Made by a program: the position numbers and the translations under genes. The notes beneath the pieces were generated by a model. It was not told where the DNA came from. It was given only the letters and a program-made list of their open reading frames with translations, and made no database searches. Below are positions 1-12,436 of a stretch of DNA of 64,000 nucleotides, one piece after another. Source of the DNA: Prorocentrum cordatum (Eukaryota); contig CAUYUJ010000081.1 in the NCBI GenBank assembly GCA_963575745.1, forward strand, positions 248,001 to 312,000. The letters run 5' to 3'. How positions within the stretch are numbered: position 1 is the stretch's first letter; each line of letters begins with the position of its first letter.

Positions 1-904
1 AAAGAAGCGGCAACACAGAGAAAGCGGCGAGGGCGATCGCTGGAGCGGGCAGGCCTCCCAGGTGAAACAAATCGTGTCCCCCACCCCCCATATCCACAGC
101 CCAATCCCAGTCTGTTGTGGGCCCCTTTAGAAGCCCAGTCCTGTGCCAGAGTCGGTGCTGGGAATGGTCGCGTGGTGGTCGACATCGCCACAAGATGGAC
201 CCTACAACGAGTCTTGGTACCGCGCCCACCCAGTGAGGTCCGAACAAACATCAGTACAGAAACTTCCTTCCACGTAGGTACTGCGAGAGCAGGTGCCGCG
301 CACACCAGCTTCTATTCAGGAGACATGGATGGGTAGTACCCTATGGGCGTAATCACGACCCCTGTGGAAATCAAAGAAAGGGTCCGAAGGAATGAGAAGG
401 GAACCTGATATTGCAACGAACCCTGACCTTGGTGGACAAGTGGGCGTGACTTGCGAGGATAAGAAAAATGAAGAAGAGGACGCCTACAGGGCGCATAATG
501 TTGATTCACGTGCTGTCCGTGTGACGCTGCGCCGCATTTGAAAGTAAGTATGAAGGTTCCCGTGCGTTTCGTTTGATGCTGTGCCACTTTGTCGGGGCGT
601 CTACGAACATCTTGGAGCCCTGTTGGGCAATGTTCGGGCCCTGCTATGCGAGCCAATGGGGAGGGACAGTGGCCGTGACGTGCGAGAAAGAGAACAGCAG
701 AGAAAATGATTACTGTGGGGGGCTCATCGTGTTGGTTCCCGTGTTCCCCGTTTTCACGTTATGGAGCATTTGTGGCAGTCCTGGAGCCCTCTTGGGCAAG
801 GGGGCGTGACTCGAGAGCAAGCGAACAGCAAAAAAGAGCGTGCCTAGAAGGCACTTTCCCGCGTTGTCCGTTTGGCGGTGTCACGCTTTGCGGGTGCATC
901 TCCA

Positions 905-1625
905 CGTATCCTTGAGCCTTGTTGGGCATTCTTGGGGCCCCCTTGGGGGCCAGTGGGGGCTTCCCGAAGGCCTCTTCCAGGGTTCCTGGGGCCTCTTGGA
1001 AACCTCTTGGGGGCCTCCTGAGGGCCTCTTGGGGCCTCCTGGGGGTCTTTTAGAGCGGAGAGCCTAAAATGTCGGTCCCTGCCCCCTTCCTGTAGGTTTT
1101 CTGAGGGCGTTCCTGGGGCCTTCGGAGGCCGTCTTGGAGGCCTCTTGGGCCGTCTTGAGGGCATCTTGGACTGTCTGGGCGCTCTCTTGGGGGCCTCTTA
1201 GGCCGTCTTGGGGCGATCTTTGGGACCACTTGGGCTGTCTTGGAGCGTCGGGCAACCGAAAACGCAAAAACCCGAAAAACCTTCAAAACCCTAACAATAA
1301 CCAGTGAATTTTGACACTTGGGGCTCTCTTGGAAGACCTCTCGGAGGCCTCCCGAGGCGTCCTGGGAGTTCCATGGGCCGTCTGGACGCGATCTTAGACG
1401 GCCTCGATCGACCTGCTGGCGACTCTGGGTCCTCTTGGACCATCTTACGGATCATCTTGGGGCCGCCCGTGCCGCACGGAAGCGCGTCTGCCGAAATGGG
1501 GCCGTCTTCCGGCGGCGTCCGCCGGCGTGCGCTCCGTGGCCGGGGGGGGGGGTCCGGGGGGCTCCCCCCCCAGATCCCCCCAGGGGAACACTAAACGGTA
1601 ACCCCTCCTCAAGGTCGGGGAAAAA
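905..1625 (+). repeat. Interspersed non-autonomous element made of ~11 bp GGCCGTCTTGG/GGCCTCTTGG subrepeats, ending in a CCCC-N11-GGGG-AAAAA hairpin
   Basis: Repeated ggcc(g)tcttgg units 905-1460. Terminal ACCCC TCCTCAAGGTC GGGG AAAAA at 1601-1625. Reverse-complement copies (ccaagacggcc) lie at 36.8-37.3 kb and 61.4-61.9 kb. Confidence 0.8.
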
Positions 1626-2103
1626 CAAACCTGATCGTCCAATTCAGCGGGGGGGGGCAGAAAAACCTAACTATTGAGACCGACTGAGCAAGAAAGCGAC
1701 AGAATTGGGACGGGTACGTTTTGGCCGCGGCAGTGTTCGACCACCCTGCTGCGTTCCTGCCCTCAAACACTTGCATGTGGGCCCTGTGTTGGCACATGCC
1801 ATGGTGGGGTGTTTCTCGCAACATCTGGCGATCTGGCGCATCACTGGCACATTGATACCCGAAAGCGATGTAGCTGTTTTTGCGTCCTGCCCAATGGTGT
1901 TCTCGTTGTCTGATTGCCGCGGGTGGTCGGCCTCTGGAGGCTGAGATTGCTCGTGCGCCTGAAGGAAGCATGATTAGTAAAAGGCAAGCCGTGTCCGAGG
2001 GCTTACTGACAATGTTGCTCATTACCCCCCCAGGCGTGCCCGTGGCCCCATCAGAGGCCCCAGCGTCCAGGGACCCGAGGTCAACGTGGCAGAACTAGTG
2101 GCA

Positions 2104-2200
2104 CCTCCCCCTCCTCCTCCTCCTCCTCCTCCTCCTCCTCCTCCTCCTCCTTCTCCTCCTCCTCCTCCTCCTCCTCTCGCTCCCTCTCCTCCCCTCCCCG
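2104..2200. repeat. (CCT)n microsatellite
   Basis: Direct inspection. A second (CCT)n-rich tract lies at 2716-2850. Confidence 0.95.
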
Positions 2201-2204
2201 CCTC

Positions 2205-2715
2205 CGCCGGTACCTGCTGCATCTATTCTCCGGACAACGCCGATCAGGGGACGATCAGGAATGGTTTGAAAGGCTGGGCACGCAATATCCTGTTCCTGTT
2301 GTGAATATGTAGACTGATGTGACCCACTGCACTAAAAACTGGCGACGTGACCTAACCCGAGATCACGTCTTTCCAGTTGCGACTCATGGCCGAGTTTTGG
2401 GTAGCGGGGGTAACTGCTGGTCCCCCGTGTGAGAGGTGGAGTGCTGCCAGACACAACCCAGTGCCAGAAGACTCCCCAGGCCCTCACCCCCGCCCCCTGA
2501 ATCACCTCAGATGTTGTGGGAACTTCGATGTCTAACGCCCAAGGAACAGACCCAAGTTGATGTCGGCAACACTTCGCTGCGAACCACCATAATTGAGTTC
2601 ATGGTGGCAGCATGGGCGCATGGCCTACCTGCAAGTATGGAGCATCCTGCGCCCGCGGACCACCGACAGAATGTTCCGAGCAGTTGGCACCTAGCGATTA
2701 TGACCAGATTAGCTA
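2205..2715 (+). pseudogene. Retrotransposon-borne DNA (cytosine-5) methyltransferase, pseudogenised
   Basis: Motif I LHLFSG (2217-2234), catalytic motif IV GPPC (2419-2430) and motif VI-like EHP (2640-2648). Two compensating frameshifts and in-frame stops. Truncated by (CCT)n at 2716. Confidence 0.75.
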
Positions 2716-3407
2716 CTCCACCTCCTCCTCCTCCGCCTCCTTCTCCTCCTCCTCGTCCGCCTCCTCCTCCTCCTGGTCCGCCTCCTCCTCCTCCTCCTGG
2801 TCCGCCTCCTTCTCCTGGTCCGCCTCATCTTGGTCGGCCTCCTCCCCGCAGGATCGGAATCGGCTTCGCATGAGTGAGAGAAGGGGTCCTGGGGGAAACG
2901 TGTCCTGGACCACGTGCCATGTCCCCCGCACATAACGCCCCATCCTGGTGTGTCGCCTGACGGCCCCAGGGCCAGGGCGGGGCTTCTGGGAGCCCCGGAA
3001 ACAGCGCAAAACCTTTGGACCCCTCTTCCTCAGGATCTCCGTTCTCCGTGGCGCTGGCTCTGTGGACACCAAAAGGTACCGATACCGCTACTCCCAGGAC
3101 CTCTCCCGGGGTGCGTACTGCACAGAATTACGATGCGGGTCCAACGGTGGCGACGAGGGCCTCTCAGGAGGCCCAAAAAGGCGAAAACGAGTGAAGGGTG
3201 GTATACTGTTTCCTCCTCTGGAGATCCGCACGGCCCGTGCCATCGACCAGGGGCTGCCAGACTCCCCACCGCGATCCGCTGGGCGCGGGAGTTCCCAGGG
3301 GCCCGGGCCGCGGGGGTGCACCGACAGCTCCCACGGCGGGCGGCCACTCCCGAGCAGCACCTGAGCGCCACAGTGACGGCGACCGCGGAGGCGGCCCCGC
3401 CGCCCAG

Positions 3408-3640
3408 GGAGAGGAGGAGGAGGAGGAGGAGGAGGAGGAAAGGAGGAGGAGGAGGAGGAGGAGGAGGAGAGGGAGGAGAAGGAGGAGGAGGAGGAGGAGG
3501 AGGAGGACGAGGGGGAGGACGAGGAGGAGGAGGAGGAGGAGGAGGAGGAGGAGGAGCGAAGGGACGAGGAGGAGCGAAGGAACGAGGAGGAGCGAAGGGA
3601 GGATGAGGAGGAGGAGGAGGAGGAAGGGGGAAGCGAAGGA
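3408..3640. repeat. (GGA)n microsatellite
   Basis: Direct inspection. Confidence 0.95.
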
Positions 3641-3974
3641 GGTGGAAAAGGACCCATGTAAACCAAGAATCATCATAGATGTTGGAATAAAAGCTCCCTC
3701 GAAACTCCTTTTCCATAGGCCTCCACAAGCGTTCACTTCCACTGTGGGACCTGCCTCGTTGGAAGGTAACCTTTTGAAGACTCTGAAGCGTGCCAAAACA
3801 GGTTCTTTGGATTTCAACGCAATGGATCAACTTGACTGTTGCGCCTCGACGGTCCTGAATCGTGCCACATCGCCGTTCCTGGGACTTCAACACCGCGAAT
3901 AAATATAACTGTTGCGCCCACAAAATACGGAACTATTCTAACACACCGTTTCTGATATGCTGGTCAAGGGAATA

Positions 3975-4222
3975 TGTGAAACGCTCGCACATGAATTGAA
4001 CCAATGTGCGCGGCGCTGGGGCGACAACCACATTTGATAAGGAACCGCCCTCAATCCGTAAAGCTCTTGCTCACGTTTAAAACGAGTGTGCACAACGCTA
4101 CGGCGAGAACCACACATTGAAAAGGAATCATCCGCCGTCAATCCTTAAAGCTCTTGCACTTTGTGGAAACGAGTATGTGCGACCCGAAGGCGGGAACCAC
4201 AAGTTGAAAACCACCCGCCATC
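3975..4222. repeat. Degenerate ~87 bp tandem repeat (about 3 copies)
   Basis: tcaatcc(g/t)taaagctcttgc...aaacgagt...gaaccaca recurs at ~4051 and ~4138, with a weaker copy before. Confidence 0.6.
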
Positions 4223-4229
4223 CATCTGC

Positions 4230-5803
4230 GAAACGGTTGCCAATGTGGGCACCGCAATTGCGAATAGTTTCTTCGGTGAAACTCCCTATGGGGCCACGAA
4301 GCGAGGCCACGAATCGCTGTAGTGGGTGGGCGAAAATGCCAAATTGGGCATGTGGAGCGCATGCGGGCGGTCCCATTGGTGCCCTCGGTGGAGCTCCTGT
4401 GGGGCCACGAAGCGCTGTACTGGGTGAGCGAAAAAGGCCAATTTGGATGTTTCGGGATGCGCGCGGACGGTGGCACGTGGGCATTCGGTGGAGTTCCCAA
4501 TGGGGCCACGCAGCGCTGTACTGTGTGCGCGAAAATGCCAAATTGAATGTGTCGGGGCGCGTGTGGACGGTCCCACTGGGGGTTGCGGTGGAATCTCTAG
4601 TTTTGGGCCACGAACCGCTGTACTGGGCGGGTGGGGATGCCACATTGGGTGTCCTGTGCGCCTGTGGGCGGTCCCGCTGGGGGTTTCGGTGGAGTTCCCT
4701 GTGGGACCACGAAACGCTGTGCCGGCTGGGCGAAAATTCCAAAGGGAGTTTCCGAAACGCATGCGGACGATCTGGCTGGGGGTGTCGGTTGGGCTCCCTA
4801 TGGGGCCACGAAGCGCTGTACTGGGTGGACGAAGGTGCCGAATTGGGTTTCTGGGATGCATGCGGGCGGTCCCACTGGAGGCTTCGGTGGAGCTCCCTGT
4901 GGGGCCACGAAACGCTGTACTGGCTGGGCGAAAATGCCAAATTGAGTTCCCGAGACGCATGCGGACGATTTCGCTGGGGGGTTCGGTAGGGTTCCCTATG
5001 GAGCCACGAAGCGCTGTACTGGGTGGACGAAGGTGCCGAATTGTGCTTCTGGGATGCACGCGGGCGGTCCCAGTGGAGGCTTCGGTGGAGCTCCTTGTGG
5101 GGCCACGAAACGCTGCACTGGGCGAGCGAAAATGCCAAATTGGGCGTGTGGGACGCACGCGGACGGTCTCACTGGAGGGGTTCGGTGGAGTTCCCTATGG
5201 AGCCACGACGCGCTGTACTAGGTGAGTGAAAATGCCAAGTGGGGCGTGCGGCGCGCATGCGGATGGCGGCACTGGGGGCCTTCAATTGGGTTCCGTATGG
5301 GGCCACGAAACGGTTTACGGGGCGTGCGGGGCGCATGCGGACGGCGGCACTGGGGCCTTCTGTGGAGCTCCCTATGGGGCCACGAAGCGTTTTTCTGGGC
5401 GTGCGGGGCGCATGGACCTTCGGCGGGGCTCCCTATGGGACCACGAAGCGCTGCATTGGCTGTGCGGGACGCGTGTGGACGGTAGCACTGGGGCCGTCGG
5501 TGGGGCTCCCTATGGGGCCACGAAACGCTGTACGGGGGCGTGCGGGACGCATGCGGGCGTCGCATTGGGACCTTCGGCGGGGCCACCTTCATGGGGCCAC
5601 GAAGCGCTGCATTGGGTGCGCGGGACGCATGCTGGCGGTAGCACTGGGACCTTCGGCTGGGCCCCCTGCGGGGCCACGAAACTTTGCGTTGGGCGCGCAG
5701 GGCGCATGCGGACGGTAGGAGGAGGGGAGGAGGAGGAGTAGGGGAGAAGAGCGCGGGGCACCGTCGTGACAAAACGAGGACCCAACACAGGATGGTTGGG
5801 AAC
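4230..5803 (+). repeat. Minisatellite-containing interspersed element (GGGGCCACGAA core family), ~100 bp then ~77 bp units, purine tract and terminal hairpin
   Basis: Core GG(G/A)CCACGAA(A/G)CGCTG at ~4401, 4502, 4604, 4703, 4802, 4901, 5000, 5099, 5199, 5300, then ~5376-5670. Ends AAAACGAGGACCCAACACAGGATGGTTGGGAA (5771-5802). Confidence 0.9.
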
Positions 5804-6099
5804 AACAGCGTCAAAAAGTGGTGAAGCAGTCTCAAGCGGCACGCCGCGTCCGCCGTAGAAACTGGCCTCGGGGTGCGTCAAGGAAAAATTATGCATACGG
5901 AAGAGGAACGGCGAACGTCTCGAAACGCGTTGGCAAGCGACGTCGCGTGGTGGGAAATGGAGGGGAAGAGGGAAGGGAGCAGCAAGCACTGAACGCACGA
6001 GCCTCAAACGGCACGTCCTCGTGCTCGCGCCTGCTGGTCGGGCACGGCCGCGATGCCAGCGTGGCGAAGCAGGGAACTCGCCTGGGACGGCCCTGCGTG

Positions 6100-6976
6100 G
6101 CTCGGAAACAAGCCACGGCGAATTCTGCTCAGGCTTTCAAGGCCATTCCTAGAGGGCGCTTGGCGCTCGGGCACCAACTGGCGCCCATCCGAGGTAGCCG
6201 TGCGGCCACAAACCTGGCAAAAGTACAAGCTGCGCGAATCCCAGAACGCCAGCTTGTGCGAAGGATGCAAGGCTGCACCAGAAACCGAGACAGGCCCAGG
6301 GACCTCGATAACAACGTCCGACGGGAAAGGGGTCACCCCCCGCGGCAAGGACGCAAGGTGCCTTGGAGACCTCTAAGAGGTCCTGCTTATCACAAAGCAC
6401 TCCGTACACTCTGCAGCGAAAGGAGCTGCCATACGTCGCGAATTCGCGCGGCGACGCGCGAAACGCTCGATCGAGCTTCGACTTGTGCCCCGCTTTCTCC
6501 TAGGGGGCAGCCGAGGGCCGAGCCTTCCAGGGATCGGCCAGGGACGAGTCGACCAAGGCACGGCGAGCCCGACGCTGAATTAGAGCGGCCTGCGCACTCC
6601 GGAAGTCGGTCCTGGGATCTGAACGGGCCGAAAGCTGCCAGAAACGCTCAGCGGCCTTAGAGGCCACAAAGTCGGCCAGATGATCTCCAGCCCCGAGGAC
6701 AACCTGATGGTCAGAAAAAGGCCCTCGGCCTCGAGGTCAAGGCGGGCGGCCGCCCATTCTAAGGTGACAAGCCCCTCTCCACGTGAGACAAGCCGCAATC
6801 TTAATTCGGAGCCACAAGTCCCAGTTCCCGCCCCCCGCCGCACTGGCCCGACCCCGCCCCCACCCAGTAACTAGGGGAACGTGGCCCGTAACAGAATGAA
6901 CGGGGCCCGCAGCGCCCTCAAGGCACAGCGCGAAAGCTAGAAGCCCGGAGCGAGGAACAGTTTGAGACTGGCCCAC
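6100..6976 (-). mobile_element. Decayed non-LTR (LINE) ORF2 3' end: RNase H domain plus C-terminal His/Cys zinc-binding module
   Basis: QTVPRSGL (cf. QTVPRAEL), NWDLW (6812-6826), LEWAAARL (cf. WVKAH), GDHLADFVASKAA (6650-6688; cf. GNxxAD), then HPSHKL..YFCQVCG (6203-6267). Frameshifted. Confidence 0.7.
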
Positions 6977-7034
6977 TCAAACTCCATGAAAAAAAAACGA
7001 CCACCTCCCTCATCGACGCCCCTGGGATAATCTG

Positions 7035-7195
7035 ACTACCTACCAGACCACCCCAACCCAACCCGAAGACCCGAATTTCGGGTTGGGGGGGGCACGGGTT
7101 CCATGTGTTTTCTCGATGTTCCCCCACCCCCCCCAACTGGAAATGGAGGGCAAATTGAAGCCTTCGGGTTGGGTTGGGGTGGTTTGGTGGGTGGT
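7035..7195. mobile_element. MITE, 161 bp, ~34 bp TIRs, ~8-9 bp target-site duplication
   Basis: 7035-7068 is the reverse complement of 7162-7195 with 3 mismatches. Flanks are gataatctg (7026-7034) and gataatcct (7196-7204). Confidence 0.75.
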
Positions 7196-7299
7196 GATAA
7201 TCCTGGTCACCACACAAGCCACGCCACGACGTCGGCGGCGAGGGTCGGAGGAGAAACGCCCCCCAGGGCCATCCCCGAACACCGCCGAGGCCTCGGAGC

Positions 7300-7990
7300 C
7301 GACAGACGGCAACTCCATCAAGGACGTCGCGCCGAGGGGCCGTCCTGCTTGCACAATTCAGCGGCGCCACCCCCTCTCTCCCAAAGATCGGCGCATGGAG
7401 AGATATAGATGCGCTGGTTCTAAGGCTTTCCCGCGAGGTGCACAGACCCGCCGAGGGGCTTCATTCTCTCGGCTTCAGGTGGGTCCACGAACTCGGGGCG
7501 AGTGCGGTCGGTCGGGGGAGCACCTCTGAGCCGCAACCCTGGGTTCAGATCACGATCCACTGCAGCCTGCGACACGAGGGAAGCGGAGAAGGAGCAATCC
7601 TCATGAACTGTGTTGCACTCACACTCCCAAATGCGATGCCGCAACGTCTCTGGCGATTTGCGGCTCCGCGGGCACAGCTGCTGCTCCTCCGTGCCCGTCG
7701 GAAACTGGCGAGCGCGCGGCCACTGAGCACCAGCGGCCAAGCACAGCGTCTGGCCGCCATATCGTAGCCCCCGTTCTTCCAGAACTTGATGCATTCTCGC
7801 CGAAGCCAGTGGCCCCTCGTTGGAGATCGTCGGCGCTATCATGCTCAACAACATGAGCCCCGAACTGAGCTCTGAATTCAGGCATCAAGTCGCCCAAAAT
7901 GCCAGTGACGTCAATTTCGCCACCTGCGAAGCCTGCAAGGGGCTAAGTGGGAAGCTCTCATTCGGCAAGTCCGGCGGGTTCTGGACGCCA
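7300..7990 (+). mobile_element. Possible decayed Ty1/copia gag fragment
   Basis: GRP..QFSG, GEGAILMNC...PQRLWRF, VGAIMLNNMSPELSSEF resemble a copia gag layout. Heavily degenerate. Confidence 0.4.
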
Positions 7991-8569
7991 CCGCGATACA
8001 ACAGTAGTCGGCGTCCATCCAGCATCGAGAAGGGTGGAGATCACCGCGGCCACTGATCCCTTGACAACTCGCCATCTCGCCAGACCCACACAGCCGACAC
8101 CAACCACCAGCTCAAGCGACGATGACAATCCGACCACCACTCGCACGACGAGCGACAGACGCGATACGAGTCCAACCACACCGTCACCCACGTCAACTCC
8201 ACCCGCCAACAAACCGCCAGCACAGCATGCGACACCACCTGCCCGACCCCCCAAAAAAACACCTCGGAGGACAATAACACACACCACAATCAGCGACACG
8301 GTCGCGACAACACCTAAAGCAACTCCCACAAAAGGCCCTCACCACATGTTCACCGACACCACGCTTCACCACGCTTCACCACACCCATTCACCCAACGCC
8401 ACCGACTCTCAAGATCCATGGCGTCTGCCAAGCCATCGAAAACGCAATGCCACAACAGTGGCTACAAAACATAAAGATCCACCACCTGCCACCACAAACT
8501 CACTCCACCAGACAGGTATACTTTCAAACCGAGGCACCAGCAGGCACTTTGCTACACACCATCAGCATA

Positions 8570-8880
8570 CCAGCTCTTCAAAGCACCACCGAAACCCAAA
8601 CAGTAACATAACAACCCAGACGACGGCAACAACAATGCGTGACAACCGCACGTCAACGCACAGCTGAGATGAACCTAGCGAATTGGTCGAGTAGGGCAGA
8701 GACTACCACGACATCCACCACCAGCTCTTCAAACCACCACCGAAACACAAACAACAACAAAAAACAAACGACGGCAGTATCAATACGTGACAATCACACG
8801 ACAACGCACAGCTGAGACGAACCTGGCGAATCAGCAGAGTATAGGGCCGAGACCACCACGACATCCACCACAAGCTCTTC
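8570..8880. repeat. ~151 bp tandem duplication in CA-rich sequence
   Basis: ccagctcttcaaa..caccaccgaaac...caacgcacagctgaga..gaacct..gcgaat occurs at ~8571 and ~8721. Confidence 0.85.
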
Positions 8881-9339
8881 CTCGTCGCCGATTACCGCAA
8901 AACTTCCAGGACTGACCTCCCCTCCTCTCCTGTCCTCACAATATTCCAATATACACATCCAACTGCCATACTTAGACATTATCCTCATTCTCACCTGGTC
9001 CTCATCCCTCGGGCCACGACCTATTAGTCCTGCCGTCGTCCTCGTCTTCTGCTTGTTCCCCCTCTCTTTCTCGCATTTCCGGTCCTTTGACCTAGCCGGG
9101 CATGACCCAGGGGACCGTACCCTACCGGCTGGCGCGAGCAGCGATTACCCTGAGCGTCCCTCGGATACGCAGGATGTGTGCTCTCCTCTCCTTCGGTTGC
9201 TCACGGCTTTGTCTCTCCCACCACTTCCCCGTCGTTGCAGCGTGTTTCACTCCGACTCCTCACCACAAGGGTCGCAGCCAAAGGACTGCACTTCACCGTT
9301 TGTTCCTCCCTCTCCACTTCACAAGGGTCGCAGACCAAA

Positions 9340-9900
9340 TGTTGCACGTAGCATTGTCACTCGTACTTGCTAAACTTGGCTCACCCATTCGCATATGTTG
9401 GACATGTCTAGCAGACTGCCAACCACTCAGGCGCCGCAACATGCACACTTTGGCGGCAACCGCCACGTTTTTATTTGCAGCCTCGTGGTCTACAGTGCAG
9501 TGGCTACCGGTGCTAAGGGGACTTGTGAAGATGGAGGTGGGTTGGTGGTGTCGGGTAGGGGTGGGTCCTATAAGTGCGTTCAGCCAGCCATGTTTCACAG
9601 GGCATTGGTCACAGCAGGCCAACCATATACAGGACAGCCGAACCTTTTCCGCTCGCAATGTGGCAACCCAAAGATTGCACTTGCATCATCCACACTTATT
9701 ATACGTTCCACCTACTAGTATTACTCCAGAGTAACAACCCAAGAATTGAACATTGCATTGTCACTCGTACTTGCCCCGCTGGGCTCACTAATTCGCGTAC
9801 GTAAGACCTGTATCGCCGACCACCGACCACGCAAGCGACAAAATATGCACAAATTGGCGGCAACCGCCACGTTTTACTTGCAGCCCAATGATTGCACATG
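9340..9900. repeat. Degenerate ~405 bp-spaced duplication
   Basis: gcattgtcactcgtacttgc at 9351 and 9756; ttggcggcaaccgccacgtttt at 9450 and 9854. Confidence 0.75.
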
Positions 9901-10429
9901 TATCGTTTCTATCGTACATGAGGCGCCGCAGTATGCACACCTTTACGGCAAACACCAATCTCTGTTATTGGCAGTCTCCTGATCATCAGTGCTGCGGCGA
10001 ACTGTCACGAATACAGTTCAACACATGCTTGCGTCTATGATGCTGCACTTTCTTTGCACATTATGGGCAGCCTGTATAAACGATACCTGGGGAGGGCAAT
10101 CACACATCACGGTACTTGTATCTGGCGGGCGCCTACTCTTGTACTATCCTCGTCGCCACAGGTCAGTGTCTGTTCTTTCTGCGGCGCCCACCAAATACGT
10201 CTTGCGTCAAGTCGGGCTTCCGTATTCGTTTACGCCTCTGTTCAAGAACGCAGCAATCCTAGGAGGAGGGAGGAGGAGGGAGAGGATGAGGAGGAGAAAA
10301 AAGAGGAGGAGGCGGAGGGGGAGGAGAAGGAGGAGGACGACGAGGAGGAGGAGGTGGAGGAAAAAGGAGAATTGTCACGGATGTACCCTTAGGCCGTGGG
10401 TCGGGCTCACACACCTCAGCCCCTAGGGG

Positions 10430-11790
10430 AGCGGGGTCTGGCCGATGCGAGAAACCTGCCACGCGGCCCAAAGCGGGGGGCGGAGGACAGCAATGAGATT
10501 GAGGTGCTGAACGAGGAGCCCCGATCGATGCTCCCATCTCTATCGCCTTCTCTGTCCACCGCCCCCTCCTCACCATATGCCCTCTGGAGATCTGGTCAAA
10601 TCCGGGTTCCTACGGGGTGGCATCCCAAGTCGGGGAAGCGAACTTGCCTCCGCAGTGGTCCGCACACATACTGAATCTGTAGCCGTGCACTTCCCAGCGG
10701 TTCCCCTCAGGGGAGCAATCGGACCCCTAATGAGTCCGCGCGCCTCCCTGTCGCTGAATTTGAGCTCCCGGTACGGCCAAAACAGCCTCAGTGCACCGGT
10801 AAGCTGCCCAACTCACGGGTGTTCTCTCCAGGCACGGCCGAGAGCCATCCGTTGGGAAAGCCCGACATCATGACGGGCGAGATGCGAGCACGACAGCGCG
10901 ACTCATGAGGGGTACAGTCCCCAGCATGAGGGGCAATAAGCTTGCTTACGGGGCCGCGGGCCAGGGCCACGCCAAGGATCTCGTTTAGCAGCATAGTGAA
11001 GCATGGAAGTCGAATACACCGATGGGATATCAAGGCGGTGGGCACACTAATTGGTGCGGGCCAGTACATCGAAGCAACCAGGGGCCACACTGGCTGAAGA
11101 CACGCGAAGCTACTGAATTACTTACCAAAAATCCCCAATCTACAGACAGCGTGGTTCTACGTCATGTTTGTGCAATCCCTCGCATCAACTATCTGCTCTG
11201 GACCCTCCCGCCACAGCATGTACAAAGCACTGCGGAGAGCGCGGCTCGGAACGGCCAGAACGTCAGGAGGATTAATAGCTCCACGCCGTGGGCGAGGGGA
11301 CAGAGCTCCAGAGGCCGTGGCGCTACGCTAGATGAACCACAACACATGCAAAACATAAACAGTCGGAGGTCCGCGCGGAGCTCTTAGATGGGCGCTGGGC
11401 CCCCCTTCGTCCTCTCCGTGGCACGCGGAGCGCGCCAGGCGCCAGGGGCCCAAGCGCCGATCCAACTAATCCGCCCTTAGCAGGGACCGATCGCCTCGGC
11501 ATTCCTTCAGGCTTACCACGAAATTCCCTAAGAACCAGAGAACCTTCGAAAAGCCACAGCAATGATCTTAGCACATAGACCCGATGTATTGAAACACGAC
11601 GGCAAGAACATTTGCTGCAAACCACATAATGCTCTTAGAACATCCTTTAGTAGGCCTATAAGCAGGTCGTGACGCTTCGCCACCGCTTGGCTTTTCCTCC
11701 ACCTGGCTCCCAGCACGTGTCACGAAGCACCTTTTGCGACGTGCACGTTCTAAGCATCTGGCCTGGCCAACCCAGCGAATGCCCGACATG
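10430..11790 (+). mobile_element. Decayed CRE/NeSL-like non-LTR retrotransposon RT C-terminal region
   Basis: GEQSDP/LMSP (~10711-10737; cf. GEQGDPLMP), DIKAVGTLIGAGQYI (11026-11070; cf. GIKVLGTPIG), LRHVCAIPRINYLLWTLPP (11157-11213), LRHRLAFPPP..CDVH (~11675-11745). Confidence 0.55.
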
Positions 11791-12436
11791 GCGGAGCAGT
11801 CGGCGCAGCAAGCAATTCGGGCGGGCCGACAAGCCCGTCGGCACGAATTCGGGAGACTGGGCAGCACCTCGCCCAGCAGCGGCAGCACGCGCGGGGGTCC
11901 CTCCGCCCACTCCCCTCCTCCGCCTCCCACTCCTGCTCCTGCTCCCTCCTCGACCCTCCTCGCCCCTCCCCATCCCTCCTGGAGATCGCTATCTTCGGCG
12001 AAACCTAAATTGTCCAGTGTGTGTGGGGGGGGGGGGGGGAAAGACGTGCCGGCGGATAAGCCGATAACCTAACCTTTTCGCTTTGGACAGCCCCACGCAT
12101 GCCCGCGTACTGCGTACCCCCTTCGGACCTGCGCAAACGACAAGGTCAGATTATCCTGGGGGGGGGGAGGAGGGGGCGGGCGGGCCCGATAACCCAGATT
12201 AGCGCCAGACTATAAAAAATAGCCGTCGTCCCTTCGCGTCTCTCCTCCTCAACTCCCTCCCTGCAGTCAAGGAGCCAGCAGCCAGGGCGCAGGGTAGTTA
12301 TGCCTGGCCCCTTGGACGTCCACGCGAGCGCACCGTCGCAGCAGCGCCGCGCCAGCAGTTCCAGGGTCCGTGGCTGGCTGAGGCTGGGCCGAAGAGGGCC
12401 AGGCTGCCAGGGGGGCAAATAAGGAAGGATCAGGCA

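Larger units (their letters stand above)
1700..2715 (+). mobile_element. Decayed LINE-type retrotransposon 3' fragment carrying a C5 cytosine DNA methyltransferase domain
   Basis: Cys/His-rich segment 1740-1920, a (CCT)n insertion, then DNMT motifs in order: YLLHLFSGQRRSGD (2211-2252), GDVT, AGPPCERWSAAR (2416-2451), PRPL, QVDVGN, MEHP (2637-2648). Stops and frameshifts are present. Confidence 0.7.

Noticed and set aside
2948..3364. 138 aa plus-strand ORF as the continuation of the DNMT (motifs VIII-X) or as host exons
   Set aside because: No convincing motif match; strand and frame cannot be resolved by eye.
4287..5716. CRISPR-like regularly spaced conserved core (also 43.5-44.2 kb and 45.5-47.8 kb)
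   Set aside because: The intervening sequences are homologous to each other rather than unique spacers, there are no cas genes and the context is eukaryotic. These are minisatellites.
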